This document shows, in pieces, positions 13,501 through 34,626 of a DNA stretch of 64,000 bases. The stretch covers positions 2,987,680 through 3,051,679 of the forward strand of contig OZ037767.1 in NCBI GenBank assembly GCA_964035545.1, read 5' to 3'. Position numbers and translations under genes: made by a program. This DNA is from Bugula neritina. Taxonomy: Eukaryota > Animalia > Bryozoa. Numbering within the stretch: the first letter of the stretch is position 1; every line of letters starts with the position of its first letter. The notes beneath the pieces are model-generated. The model was given only the letters and a program-made list of their open reading frames with translations. It did not search any database and had not been told where the DNA came from.

Positions 13501-15749
13501 GGGAAGATAACTCTATGATTTGGGAGAATTATAAACTGGCTATACTTGGCTTTTAGATCAGCGATTTTATAAAATTTAAAATTGAATGACTGAATGCCAA
13601 GTGATGCCCTTTAAGTGACCTTGTCCAAGTTCTTCCTTGCACGCATGCTGACTATAGAGAGTTGTATCGTTTATGTTGTAACTTTTTCCCTGAACAACTC
13701 AGATATATCGGTAACACATCAAACTATTGCACAGGCTTCATTGACTTTTTACCTGTATGCTTCTGATTATTCTGATCAGCCTGTTGCCATGGTAATCTCC
13801 TTTTAGTCCTCTGATTTGATTTTCACCACTACTCAGCACTTCTGATGCTAAATACTACGGGTATTTCAGCTGCTTTCATCTCATTTATGAGTACTAGATT
13901 TTTTGGAGTTGTCACATCTTTATTACTTCGTTCTAGTGCCTCACTTTCAAATAACTTACAGTTTATGCTAATATGGGGATTCAAATCACTTCTTAGAATG
14001 AGTTCTTATTTTACTGGTATCACTTGATAGCATGGGTTTGGGCTTATATACTTTGGCTCTAATCGCCTTCCACACCGTCTCCTATAAGGGAATACTATAC
14101 CATAATTTTTCTGCTTCATCACCAACTTTGTTATGAACATTCTGAACACCATCCGCTGTGCACAGGTAGCTTTCAGTTCTGTTCTTCAATATATTTTGTT
14201 TTATAAGGTTTTTTTTTCATCTAGCCCAAGAGTTTTCCATTGTTGACTTTTACTTCATCTAGCATCCCAGAAGCTGAGGTTGTTTATCATAACTCTTATA
14301 TAGTTTTCTGTTAAAATTTTTGATTTTTCTGTTAATTGTCACGTTATTGCAAGAAGGCTGTTATAGAAACATCTTTTAATATAAAGGATTCCTTAGCATT
14401 TGTTGAACATTTAGCTCTGTTGGGATTCACTCAGAATTTGTCATTCTTTTATATTTCTACAAAGTTGTTTAGGTAAGCTTTTCGTATTGGAGCTTTCAAC
14501 CAAGCCAGCTATTTTAGATGAGAACTGTCCTTTTAGTTTTTGAGATGGAGCTATATCCCTGCACTGACATATATTTGTATTAGCCAAGTTATTTTACTAT
14601 AAGTGAATAGGCCAATTGAATCGACCATAGCTGTGTTGAGTTATTTTAATATATTAGTTACCTTTTCCAATTCCTACTTTTTCTCATTTGTTTTATTTCA
14701 CACGGTTAATTATTTATATTATTAATTGAAGATGTAAAATACAAAATACATAGGTTACAATACAACTTGGTGTAATATATAATACAACACAATGTAAATA
14801 TTAGTTTTTCAGGTCAAACCAATAAGTTACATAATCTGATAATTTTTAGACATTATTGTGTTTCTTCTGTAACAGTGAAAACTACTCCTTTTGTGATATA
14901 TAAAAACGGTGCAGTGAGTTACCAAAGTTTGTATATTTCTATCCTCCAATCAGCTTTTATCTCTTGATCTACATATTTCTATGTAGGAGAATGTGGGCCT
15001 TAAGTTCCTCAACCTTAGAATGAATGGATTTAGCATGGAAGGTGCTCAGGCTATGGCCAGTGCCCTCACTGTCAACAGAACTCTCATGGAACTAGATCTA
15101 AGTGCCAATAGAATCCCCCTCCAAGGAATAGTTTCCATCAGTAAAGGCATTAACACTAACGAAGTTCTCGTCTCTTTGAAGGTAGGAAATTCTGATGAAA
15201 CTTAGTGGGAAGGAAATAGACTTATAAACTAGTTGAAATATTTTAATTTTAGGTAATTTTGCATCTTAAAAGAATGCTTGTTTAATACTTTTGGTGGTGT
15301 TTGAGAGACAATTCAACTCTTCAAAAATAATAAAACATTGTTTCTAATAAGAATAAGTACCGTAGCTGTGATGTTAGTCTTAGACATGGACTGTAGAGTG
15401 CAACTTGCAGGGTGCTACTTTCTACTCCCCAACCATTCTCGCTGCTCTCAGTCTATTTAGCTGTTACAGTATACGTCTGTTTAGTTGGGACACAATCCAA
15501 TGACTGCTGCCGGTGCCTTGTGTCTTCTGGCAGCCATTCAGGGAAATGAGAACTCAGAGATGAAAACTCTTGATCTCTCGGAGGTTTATGTCAGCGCTGA
15601 GTTTCTGACAATGAAGAATACATTAGAGAATGAGAGAGACCTCACTGTGATACACGGCAGCATGGAGGCTGACATTAAAAGACGAGTGAGTCATCAATAT
15701 TTGTCATCTATATATATATATATACATATACATATACATATACATATAC

Positions 15750-15815
<66 letters not shown>

Positions 15816-18800
15816 CACTGCTGAATACAATTATTGGTTATTATGTGATATCTAATGATTGCTGAAATTATAATTCCACAAAAAGTTATCATTGCAACTT
15901 TTTGATAAATATTTTTAGGAAAAGAAAGAAGTTAGTATTTATGAACTTATATGCTTCCTTTACACATTTTCTCTATACACACTGTTAGTTATTCCTACAG
16001 TACTACAGTCTACAAGATACATTCTACTTGATTCTTATTTTCTGCTAGTTTTCCCAGCTTCTCTTTAGTTGTCTGCTCTTTCTTTATACTGAAGCACAAA
16101 TTTTTATTTGTATGTTGATTCAATGGCTTTAGATTGTGTAGTTTGATAGGTTGCGTGGTAACTGGGTAAGTTTTAGACTGAGCTTTATGTGTGACTGCGC
16201 TCTGCTTGTTGGTTGAATTTAGTCTATAATACAGAGTAGCATAACTTCATAATATTATATATAGAATTATAATAAGCAATAATATATTATATACATTATA
16301 TATAATATGATATTTTATATGATATAACATAATATTATTTGTTGTTATATAATGTAATATTTAATATGATGTAACATAATGCATGATTTTGCTGGCAATG
16401 GCTTTAAACTAACCATGGATAATGGCCGCATGTTGATAATTAACAATTGGTTGATTTTCATGCAGAGTTTAGTTCTTGAATTGTGTTCTGCACATATTTC
16501 AGCTTAATCCAGCAGCTGTCGACAGCGAACTAACTGACTGCAATCTATTTCCGCTGGTAATGTGACCGTTTGCCAAACCCGCATGCATGTCTCTTGACCT
16601 TACCTTGTTGATCCTCGAGTCATGTTATAAGCTTAAAATTAGGTTCCAAAAGTGTATTCATTGTTCAAGGCGTAGATTAGAGCGAAAAACTCGTTATCTC
16701 GTTCTACTATGAGATTATTACTGAATATTTTAAGATATTTTTTCCTTCTAGTTGTTACCGAAATTGTCTCCCGTCAACATATCTGCTTTATTCAATTTTT
16801 TTCTGCATAGCATTTTCACAAGTTCTCTGAGATTCACGATGTTTGAAATGTGCGAGTTATACGCCTGATGACTCACAGTTTTGAGTTCACTATGTTTAGA
16901 ATACCATGACAAAGAAAGAGTATCTCAAAAAGTTACTCATGAAAAATCCCATCACGAAGATCAAGGATTACATGAGCTCAAACGGCTTGAGACTCATTGA
17001 CTTCTTCAAGCAACTTGATAGAGATCAATCAAACTCGCTTACGTTTGAGGAGCTCAAGAAAGGTTTTGAGGTGAACAAGCATTCTCGAAGTATTTGCTTT
17101 TTTAGATTTTATGTTCAGATTACACATTATATAAACTGAGAGTTTTGGTGCTCAAACTTTGACTTTGATCTAATCAATAAATGCTTGTTTCAACAGAGGT
17201 TTGAGATTAAAATGACAGATGCTGAAATTATGAAGACAATTAGAATTCTGGACACGGACAGAAGTGGAGATATCGACTTTCAGTAAGTGTTTCCCTTCTC
17301 AATTCTCATCTGCACTTGGTTACCAAGCTCTATTATAGCTTACTATTTTATATCAAGTTTTATTTCAAATTCAGTTATGTCTTGAGCTACACTGGATCAA
17401 CTGAACTTTATTACTTTTGTGTTATGTTGCAGAATGTGTATCTTAGAATTTTGCATTTTTTATTTTTTTGATGCATATTCAATGTATGCAAATTTTTCAT
17501 CAACTGTGATGTTTCTTGTATTAGGAATTGGAAAGGAAAGATTTCCCCTACAAGCAGGTAGTCTATGCACCGTTACATACACACCATGTCTTTATCAAGC
17601 TGCAATGCATTATCTTATAGCTTATACAACCCTTTCTCTACCTCAAATTGCTGTTGTTTGCAACATGAATAGAGAAGTCCTCTCATTAAAGTATATTTTA
17701 TACCCATATGTCCACATGGGTATAATATTTTTATTGATCAGCTTATTTTCTGCAAAAAGAATGTTAATAGAAAGAAGTAATAGTTTATGGTTAAGAATTT
17801 AAAAACAACTTTTAATAGTGCCTGTACGCAATGAGTTCTACTCAATTACTTCCAATCAGCATAGTCTCCCTTTCAGTAGAGATATAGAGACATTGCTGTC
17901 TAGTGCATGAAGCTTGGTAACTCCATACACAGTAACTGTGCCCATTACTTGTCCATCAGATAACATTTCATTTCTCTGTTTTATGTTTTTATTCAAAACT
18001 ACTACTTTGATTTCTATAGATTTCTGTGAACACTGCAAACTGTCTTGTTCTAGATCTCAATGAGTTTACAACATTGCTGTCAGATTTCATATATTTCCTA
18101 TGATTGCATAACTTTAACTACTTCGTTTCAATTGTTTTAATTTTTCTATTTTGATTGATTAAACTTCAATAATCAACAATCTAAACTTAATAGTATGCAT
18201 AACTATTTTTAACATTTTTATTAGAATATTCCAGAAATGGTTAATTAGTATTTTTGAAATGGCAGAAAACATGGCCATAGCTGCATCTTTTTTATTTATT
18301 TATTTTTACCTGCAATCAAGTGATACATTGCAATATACTGCCAACTCCATGTACGAAGGATACTGTGTAGCAACGGCTTTACATGTTTACATGTAATTTG
18401 TATTGTTTGTGCATGTTTATTTCACATTGTGTAGTTTAATTGATATATTGAGTAACACTACTTTATACTTACTCTAGCCATATATCTATGTTAATCATAA
18501 ATATCTACACTTGTGATGTATCTACAGTATAATAATATATCTACATTAAATAACAATATCTGTACACGATATTACAATATCCCTACAGTACGTATAATAA
18601 TATCTCTACAGTATATAAGATAATATCTCTACAGTATATATAATAATATCTCTACAGTATATATGATAATATCTCTACAGTATATAAGATAATATCTCTA
18701 CAGTATATATGATTATATCTCTACAGTATATATGATAATATCTCTACAGTATATATAATAATATCTCTACAGTATATATGATAATATCTCTACAGTATAT

Positions 18801-19726
18801 AAGATAATATCTCTACAGTATATATGATTATATCTCTACAGTATATATGATAATATCTCTACAGTATATATGATAATATCTCTACAGTATATATAATAAT
18901 ATCTCTACAGTATATATGATAATATCTCTACAGTATATAAGATAATATCTCTACAGTATATATGATAATATCTCTACAGTATATATGATAATATCTCTAC
19001 AGTATATATGATAATATCTCTACAGTGTATATGATAATATACCTACAGTAGTAATAGGTGTTCACATATGCTTTTACTGTATATTACCTATGCTAGTACT
19101 ATATAGCATATCCTTGTATGTATAGAGAGTTAGTGGCGGGAGATAAGGAACACAAACTACTACGAAGAGCTCTTCTCAAAGAGATAGCCATTCTAGAGGA
19201 AGAAGAAAAGAAGAAGGTAACTCCAAATTCTTTTCTCCATTCTTCCAGTTCTTTCCTTTTTAGAGACTTTTATGCTAATTATTTCGGAATATATATTTGA
19301 GCTCTTGGCAAAGTTTTGGTTAGTAACTGGCAAGAGCTCATCATTTACTAAAATATTTATGTCTACAATTCTGTCATCTTGAAAGAGAAATCTCTAAGTT
19401 TATACAACTTTGGGGAAACCATCCAGTACTTTTATGTTGAGGTTTTAAGCAATGAGCAATTGTAATTGGTGGCTCCAACAACTTTTACCTATAGACTTGG
19501 CACATACTAAGAAAACAGCTACTCCATGAAGAGTGAATAGTATATAGTGTCTTATGCTTTATACCTTTCTACTGGTTGGTAGATGGAAGAGGAGCTGCAG
19601 AAGAAACAGGCGGCCGGAGAGGATGTTGAGAATGTAGACTTCACTCTTCTCTCCAGAGAGGAAGCGTGGGAGGCCATGGAAGAGGTACTCAAAGTCTTTC
19701 TGCAGAATGATGGGAGTGATGACTAG
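7541..19726 (+). CDS. LRRC74: LRRC74A/B-like leucine-rich repeat (RI-like) protein with C-terminal EF-hand pair, 13 coding exons, ~604 aa
   Basis: Exons 7541-7594, 8820-8982, 9271-9366, 10624-10817, 11218-11325, 11567-11710, 12493-12660, 14987-15181, 15485-15685, 16900-17070, 17197-17282, 19126-19216, 19583-19726 splice in phase. Contains the DDYDTDLD motif, YIRYCEQLGVVPVQFFLR..MRYHGLGSKGAQAL typical of LRRC74, 28-aa LxxLxLxxN repeats, and EF loops DRDQSNSLTFEE and DTDRSGDIDFQE. The first two exons are less certain. Confidence 0.85.
7618..7772. repeat. 33-bp minisatellite (~4.5 copies), unit tgtgtaagtgtgtacatcacatgataccttmca
   Basis: Direct tandem repeat just inside LRRC74 intron 1; explains the MCKCVHHMIPS repeats in ORF 7524..7868. 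Confidence 0.9.
10384..10583 (+). mobile_element. tRNA-derived SINE (LRRC74 intron 3)
   Basis: Pol III A box tggtttagaggttagagc and B box gggtttgaacccc in a tRNA-like head with no intact cloverleaf, followed by a body (aggaagagcatccagtcacaattgctcctgtgc) and a tail shared with the 5529-5724 copy. Confidence 0.65.
15706..15812. repeat. (TA)n/(TACATA)n microsatellite
   Basis: Directly visible, just after the exon ending at 15685. Confidence 0.95.
18580..19050. repeat. 23-bp minisatellite (~20 copies), unit tatctctacagtatatatgataa
   Basis: Period 23 (tatctct at 18601, 18624, ...), located just upstream of the acceptor at 19125. Confidence 0.95.
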
Positions 19727-20365
19727 AGTTGTCTTCTATTCAAAATATTAAATCTGTTTACTTTGGATCTGATAGTGATTATATTTCTATAGTGGGATAA
19801 GACAACTCCAATATATGAAAAAACTATAAAAATATCCCATAAGGCAGTGCTTGTTTGAGTTGTAGCATATTGTTGGTTCTAGTCAATGCGAGTTTTGTTT
19901 AAATTAGCTTTCAAGTGTAGTAGTTACTATAATACTGAGTTTCTTGTGCTCTATTTGCAGGTTCTAGATAACTACATAGGTGAACTATTATTATAAGATT
20001 TCTTTGCTTTATAAGATTTCTGTCTTATAATTTTGCTGCCAGTTTATATCATTTGTTATGGTTTACTGATGCTGCCACAGCAAGCTTTTGTGATTGGTAG
20101 ACATCTCACACTCAGTCAATTATCTCTTTCTCTCACACCCTTTTCTTCCAATTATTCTCTACAGTTATTTTTACTCTTAAAAAATTTAATAATTATGATA
20201 TTATACGTTATATTCTATATATTTAATAAATCACTTCATCTCACAACTTACGCATTGTTGCAGTTTCCTGATAAAGAGATATACACAGCAAGAACTGAGT
20301 TAGCTTGTCTCAGGCAGATTAAATCTAGAGATTGAGTTTTCACTCAGAATGGCAAATTACTGCAG

Positions 20366-20580
20366 AGCTAGCAAATGTAGTGACTAGCAGAATATATAGC
20401 AACTAGCAAAATACATAGCAACTAGCAAGTTATATAGATTAACTAACAAAATATATTGCAACTAGCAAAATACATAGCGGCTAGCAAAATGCCTATCAAC
20501 TAGCAAAATATATAGCAATTTGCAAAATACATTGCACCTAGCAAAATATATAGCGAATAGCAAATGTAGCGAGTAGCAGG
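20366..20580. repeat. Degenerate ~19-20-bp tandem repeat (actagcaaaatatatagca)
   Basis: About 10 imperfect copies downstream of the LRRC74 stop codon. Confidence 0.8.
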
Positions 20581-20885
20581 CACTAGATGTAGTACAATTG
20601 AACAGATAAAATCATTTGCAGCAAGTTTATTCCTAAATTTCAAGCAAGTCAAATAACTACTTGTTGAATTAAAATAAAGTGTCTACCAGGTTCAAATTCT
20701 CCTAATCTTTGCCAAATGACTACTAGCAGTCACATCTTGCTATCATTCTATTGTCTTAGCTCTGGGTGTGCCTACTTTTACACATGTTTTGCAATAAGAA
20801 TTGTGCAATGTGTTTCTACTATGGGCTGAGTTAGATGCAAAGGGATCTATGACTTTAAATGTAGGTGCATAAGAGACTATTCGGC

Positions 20886-20945
20886 CTTAAGGCAGCGGGC
20901 CCTAAGGCAGCAGGCTCTAAGGCAGCAGGTCCTATGATAGCAGAG
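20886..20945. repeat. 15-bp tandem repeat (ctaaggcagcaggcy) x~4
   Basis: ttaaggcagcgggcc ctaaggcagcaggct ctaaggcagcaggtc ctatgatagcag. Confidence 0.75.
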
Positions 20946-22259
20946 CATGAGTGCATCACCATGTTGATAGTTCTTTTGCCATTAAATTAATAAAAGTGAT
21001 ATTATTAGTAATTAAATGTGCAATGAAACCAAAAATTTATGGCCTTTTGTTAGAGGTAATTAGAGTACAATAGCCAGAGGGCATATAATATGAACTCGTT
21101 GTCAGTACCAGTTGTCTGTTGCTTGCTGACTGCTTTGTTCTTGTCAGCAGTTGTTGAGCTTCACTGGTCATGCTGTATTCTGCATAACTTTTTAAAGAAA
21201 GCATGTGCCATTGATTTCAGAATTTGAATTTGAGGAGTTTAATTCAAAGCAGAATATATATTATCAATTAAACTATATACTTTATTGAGGCAGAATTCTT
21301 GCTAAATGATATTTAGTGCTGATTTCAAGCAAAGGGTTGTTTATATAAAATAGCATGGTTGGGATTTGATTTGTTGTCACAAATAAGACCCAAAACACGA
21401 TTAATCTATACACATGATACAAGTTTATTATCACTTATTTTTTTAGCATAATATATAAAAAAGCAGCTTCCTCAGCTGAAAAATACAACATATCTGCATT
21501 ATGTAACAATAAAAATCTAATTTATGTATCAAATAATCTATCACATAACATATGTACAAGATTGCTAGTATGCATTGCTTTCCCAAAAAAATAGACTTGA
21601 TATACACAATCCCTGCAAGATAAATACTGTTTATAATTCTTGATGAATCTATGCATAGTTTAATTTGTTTGTTATAATAATGAATGGAAATATGTTAACA
21701 GGACGGACTAAAAGTACTTTCTTACAAATAGTTATATTCAAGACGTTATATCTACCTCATATTGTAAAATAAATTTCTGCTATTCAAACAGGACAGAGTG
21801 AAGATAGGTGAGGATAAAGTAAAATGCTAAATTTACAATATTTAAAAAGCTTATTCTGCTATAAAAATCTTCAATTCCAATCCCCTCTGGCAATATTCTA
21901 TGGTGGATGTTGAAGAAAGCAAACCTTGGAAGGATATAAAGTGCTCTAAGGGTTCATGTTTCATTCTATCAATTTTAAGTTCTGTATAACAACTGGGTGG
22001 TCCCATGGGTCCCTATAGAGCTTAGCTAGATGCAATTGTTCTCTGCTTGTTACATCCTGTGTAGGTAATACTATGTTTATAAATTACTGGGGTAGTAAGT
22101 GACTAATTGCTTCGGATTAAAGAGCTAATCCCAGGGAGCCGAGGCCGCCACTGAGTCTCACAGACATGATGGAGTACTTCCTTGTGTACAGAGAAAGCTT
22201 AGCACGGCCGACTAAAACTTTGTGTCGTAACATAAAGTCTATTACTTGAAAATTCTATT

Positions 22260-24777
22260 TCATGTTTTGCAGCTCGAACAAGAGCACGATGAAGCAGATT
22301 TATAGGTTTCTTTTCTTATACCATCAGCGCACACCAGCTCAACTGTTACCTAAAATATAAACATCAGAACCTGTATGTAAATGAAGCAGAGTAACTAGAT
22401 ATTTTATAGAGGGGGTGCTATCGATGCCACCCAACCAGAAAAACTCTTAGATTAATTAGCAAAGATTTGTGGTTATATTTTCTTGTGGAAAGATTATGGA
22501 TAAAAAATAGTATAACATAAGAGATGTTGTCCCACATAAATTATATTTAACTTTCAGCTGAACTTGATGTGTCGCTGATACCTGTGGTCTTAAAGATTGC
22601 TGGAATAAACACACCACGTGTGTAGACACGTAGAATAGTATTACTAAATGTAACACAACTTCCTCAGTAGCGTACAACCAGACTCATTTGATTGGAGGGA
22701 GGTGCTGTTCATTTAATACACTCACTTGTTGTTTAAAAGTTGCATATTAAACATATTGTGAGCCAAGAGCCATAATTTCAATATTAAGAATATGTAACAA
22801 ATGAACCTGATTAATTGGGTAAAGAAATAGAGAAATTGGGAAAAACCTGCAAATTAAAAAATGCAGCAAAAGCAGGTATGTTTTTTTGAGAATTTCACCT
22901 GCACACTCAACCAAAATTAATATCAACAGTTATTAAAGAGCATAGGCTATTAAAATGTGTCTGTTTCTGCACCTAAATTTGTAAAAAAACACCTGAAGCT
23001 GTGCCTAGTAGAAGAGCTGTCAAAGCTGTCACATGTAGCTTTTGATGAACTTTTGACACCAATGCTCATAACTTTGACACAAAGGTGCAGGTGTTTCATG
23101 ACATGAAACTTTACTCCAATGCACTGCAGATTGCATGTTCATTCTCTATAAGTAATTATTTTAAGAATCTTTAAAACTTTTTAAGAAATCAGAATAATTA
23201 TGATTATAAATGAAAATGAGTTGTGAGAAGTTAAAACTCTGCTGTATATTATTTTATTATTCACTGTTTGTTTGTGTTTGGCTGTGGTAAAGTTATGTCA
23301 CAGTGAATCACTTTCTGACGAATGTCAAGTGTGGGGGTGGTGGTTGGGTCACAGAGTGCATTTAAAATCAACAGTTTACTTTAAAAACCCAAAGCTTTGT
23401 GTCAACTGCTATATGTTATAGTTTAAAAGGGATCGGTTTCGCTATACTTGCATTTATCAAAATATTGAGAGTTCATAAATCATTTAGCGCGACAATATTA
23501 TAGTTAAATAAAATAATAACTGTTTAAAATATTGTCACTCAAGATTCAGAATTGAGTACATGTTTTATAAACACTTTTAGCATAATTTTTTAGTATAAAA
23601 CATTAGTACATAATCTCAATTGCCCGAAATGTTAAGATACCTAACCTAAGCATAAGATTGCTGGACACCAAACCAAGATTACACACCACTTGGTGCTCCC
23701 TTAATTTATAAACTCTTTTATTATGCATTTTTATAGTATATCAACATTTATTTCAACACAATAGCCTATTATATATAACAAAAATGTTGTAATATATTAA
23801 CATAGTATATTATCTACAAGCTTACTTACGTCATGTGTAGTGTCTATTGAACAGCACCTGCCCATTGATAGTATAGCCAGGTCGGGATACATTGATCTCA
23901 ACTGATTAGGCATGGGTATAGAGAAGGACTCACAATAACCTCTACAGGAGTTTAAGAGTGTGTGTTTAGGGGCACATCCCGGCACTCGTATTTTAGTCCA
24001 TTTACCTGAAAGTGGTAGAAAGTATGTTATGTTTGTTAAATGCTTAAATTTTATGCATAAGTTTCCTTCTATTATTGTAGTAAATGAAGGGTTTTAATTT
24101 GTACATTTACATGTAGTGCTTTCTATATTTTAAGCCTTCAGCTAATTAAAAGAGTGCATCACTTTGTGTATAATATTAATTTTATCCTAGCAACAGCAGT
24201 GCTGGAGCTGCTAGAACACACAGACATATCACCGGCAGAAGCATTCTATTTTCTGTAACTTTAGGTAGAGTTTGATTTGTTGGAAATTGGATATTCTAAA
24301 CAAATTTGATTTACTCAGTTTGCAAACTTTATTATCATTAATTGCTCAATAAATTTAGGCACACATAACTCAAAAATAGACTTTTTTACACTTATATATT
24401 TTGGCTAATTATTAAAATTGAAGAATATAGCTATACCACATTCATTTTAAATAAAACTCTCCTACAAAAATTTATTTTGACAGGTTTGCCTGTTGAAAAT
24501 TGACATAGTTCCAGTTTCTTCTGCCTGTAATACTTACTCTGACCTACATACTTGCTACTGACCTACATACTTACTACTGACCTACATATTTACTACTGGC
24601 CCACATTCTTGCTACTAACCTACATACTTACTGCTGACCTACATACTTACAACTTACAAGATAATACTCTTACTCACCCACTAAATTGCAGCTGCTCCTG
24701 TTAGCATTTATTTCCAGGATGAATAAAAGCAATATCATACATAGCGAAACAATACCATGATACTTTACAGATGCCAT
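22260..24777 (-). CDS. GPHA2: Glycoprotein hormone alpha-2 (GPA2, thyrostimulin alpha subunit), cystine-knot, 3 exons, ~121 aa
   Basis: Exons 24777-24678, 24005-23830, 22349-22260. Signal peptide MASVKYHGIVSLCMILLLFILEINA, then SCNLVG..IRVPGC..NSCRGYCESFSIP..S.GRCCSI..V.L.C.DG..YKSASSCSCSSC with 10 Cys in GPA2 spacing (CRGYCES, CC, CxCxxC). Confidence 0.92.
24531..24650. repeat. 19-bp tandem repeat (acttactactgacctacat) x~6 in GPA2 intron 1
   Basis: Directly visible next to the exon 1 donor. Confidence 0.85.
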
Positions 24778-24824
24778 AGCTGTCTGGTTTTTTAGAATCC
24801 TACTTTTTCAGCTTTCATTTTCAG

Positions 24825-24909
24825 TTTATATACAGAAGGGTAAACTGTTGTTAGCCCTCTGATTGGTCAGTTGGCATAGTAGATCTATGCAAAAGCTTTG
24901 GATTGGTCA
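24825..24909 (-). promoter_or_regulatory. Candidate GPA2 core promoter: TATA box plus two CCAAT boxes
   Basis: On the minus strand: TATATAAA at 24832-24825 (about 50 bp upstream of the ATG) and TGACCAATC twice (CCAAT at 24866-24862 and 24906-24902). Confidence 0.55.
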
Positions 24910-26287
24910 ATTTAAAACTACTAGTCACAGAGCCTTTGATTTTTGCAAAGGTAAATGACTGACAAGTGGATAAACTGCCACTCCACTAAAGTAATTAATA
25001 ACCAAAACCACTACTCACAGGTTTAATATAATTAATTTAGACATTGGAGCCTATTTCCATCACCTGTCATCAAATGGATTAAAAGATTAACAGTTGAATG
25101 AAGTCTATAATTATTGCCTTTTAGTTAATTCTAGGAATTGTGAGTGTAATCATACTAAATATACTATTACTGTATGTGAAACATAGTCAACATGTATTGG
25201 GAATTACCCCCCCCCCCAAAAATACACAATATTAATTGCATGATAGAACCTGTACCAACTACCAAATGAGGGAAGAGCGGCAGTTACAATGGGAAAATTG
25301 TTTAACTTCAACAGGGTAGGATATTAGAATGTTTTTAAAGAGAGTAAATATATAATAAAGTGCAATTTATATAAATATATATCTATATATGTATGTATAT
25401 AATATTTATGGACGTATAATGTATGGATGTGTGTATTTTTGATATTTCAATTTCAATAGCACAAAGCATTAAATGTTGTAATGTTCGTGTTCTTTATTTG
25501 TCACCCAAAATGCTATTAAAGTTATACAACTGTATCTTTATATAAACAATTATGGCAAATTACAACATAGTTATAGTGATTGTAGAAATAATTCATGTAT
25601 ATCATTGAATATTCAGGTATCACCCACTAAGCTTGTTATTAATATAGGGTTTTACAACAGAACTTTCAATATTTATTAAGAAAATTCAACAGAATGTTAT
25701 GCTTGCTTGACTTTCAATGACTTTATTTTATTTCATTTAATGCTTTCTAATATGTTGAATAGGAAAATATGAATAAGTCTAGAATAATAAACTCGAAAGA
25801 CAAAATGGCATCCAATAAATATTCAGCTTACACAATATTGAATAACAAAACCTTATTTGCTAACACTATACTGAATGGTTTTCATGGAATGATTGATATA
25901 AATAAAATTAGCAAAAGTTTTGTTCCATCAGATTTTCCGAAAGAAATAACGGAAACGTCAGCCAAGACCTGGGCTATGATTGCAGAACCTAAAAGCAGAA
26001 AATATAGTCACGTTTCTTTTACCAACTTAATTCACCAGGAAGTTGAGATATGATATTGCTTCAAACTTGACATCAAATCAAGCAAGTAGAATTCCTACCT
26101 GTCAGGTGTAGCAGTTTAATGAGTTACATTTAAATTACTAATTAATATCTTCAGTTTACAAATTAAGATATCTATCATGTTTTGTCATCACCATTCTGCA
26201 TATATACATCAGTTAGTGTTATTATAATAGTACACATCAGTTACAGCTATTATCTCATAGTTAAAGTTATAGTTAACAACCTTTGTA

Positions 26288-34583
<8,296 letters not shown>

Positions 34584-34626
34584 GACAACCTGCCTTTTAT
34601 CACTGCATTTGTGGGTGGGCACCCTA

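Noticed and set aside
15704-15892. IYIYIY ORFs (also 32092..32283 and 32301..32591)
   Set aside because: Translations of (TA)n microsatellites and of the palindrome.
17419-17802. 127-aa hydrophobic ORF in an LRRC74 intron (similarly 20033..20335)
   Set aside because: Non-ATG start, composition typical of T-rich non-coding DNA, no recognisable motif.
20000-26200. GPB5 or bursicon partner gene near GPA2
   Set aside because: No Cys-knot beta-subunit exon found by eye on either strand; reported as an absence finding instead.
34584-34622. N-terminal extension MPTHKCSDKRQVV of RMDN in the ORF track
   Set aside because: It begins at GTG right after a splice acceptor; the first ATG is at 34583.
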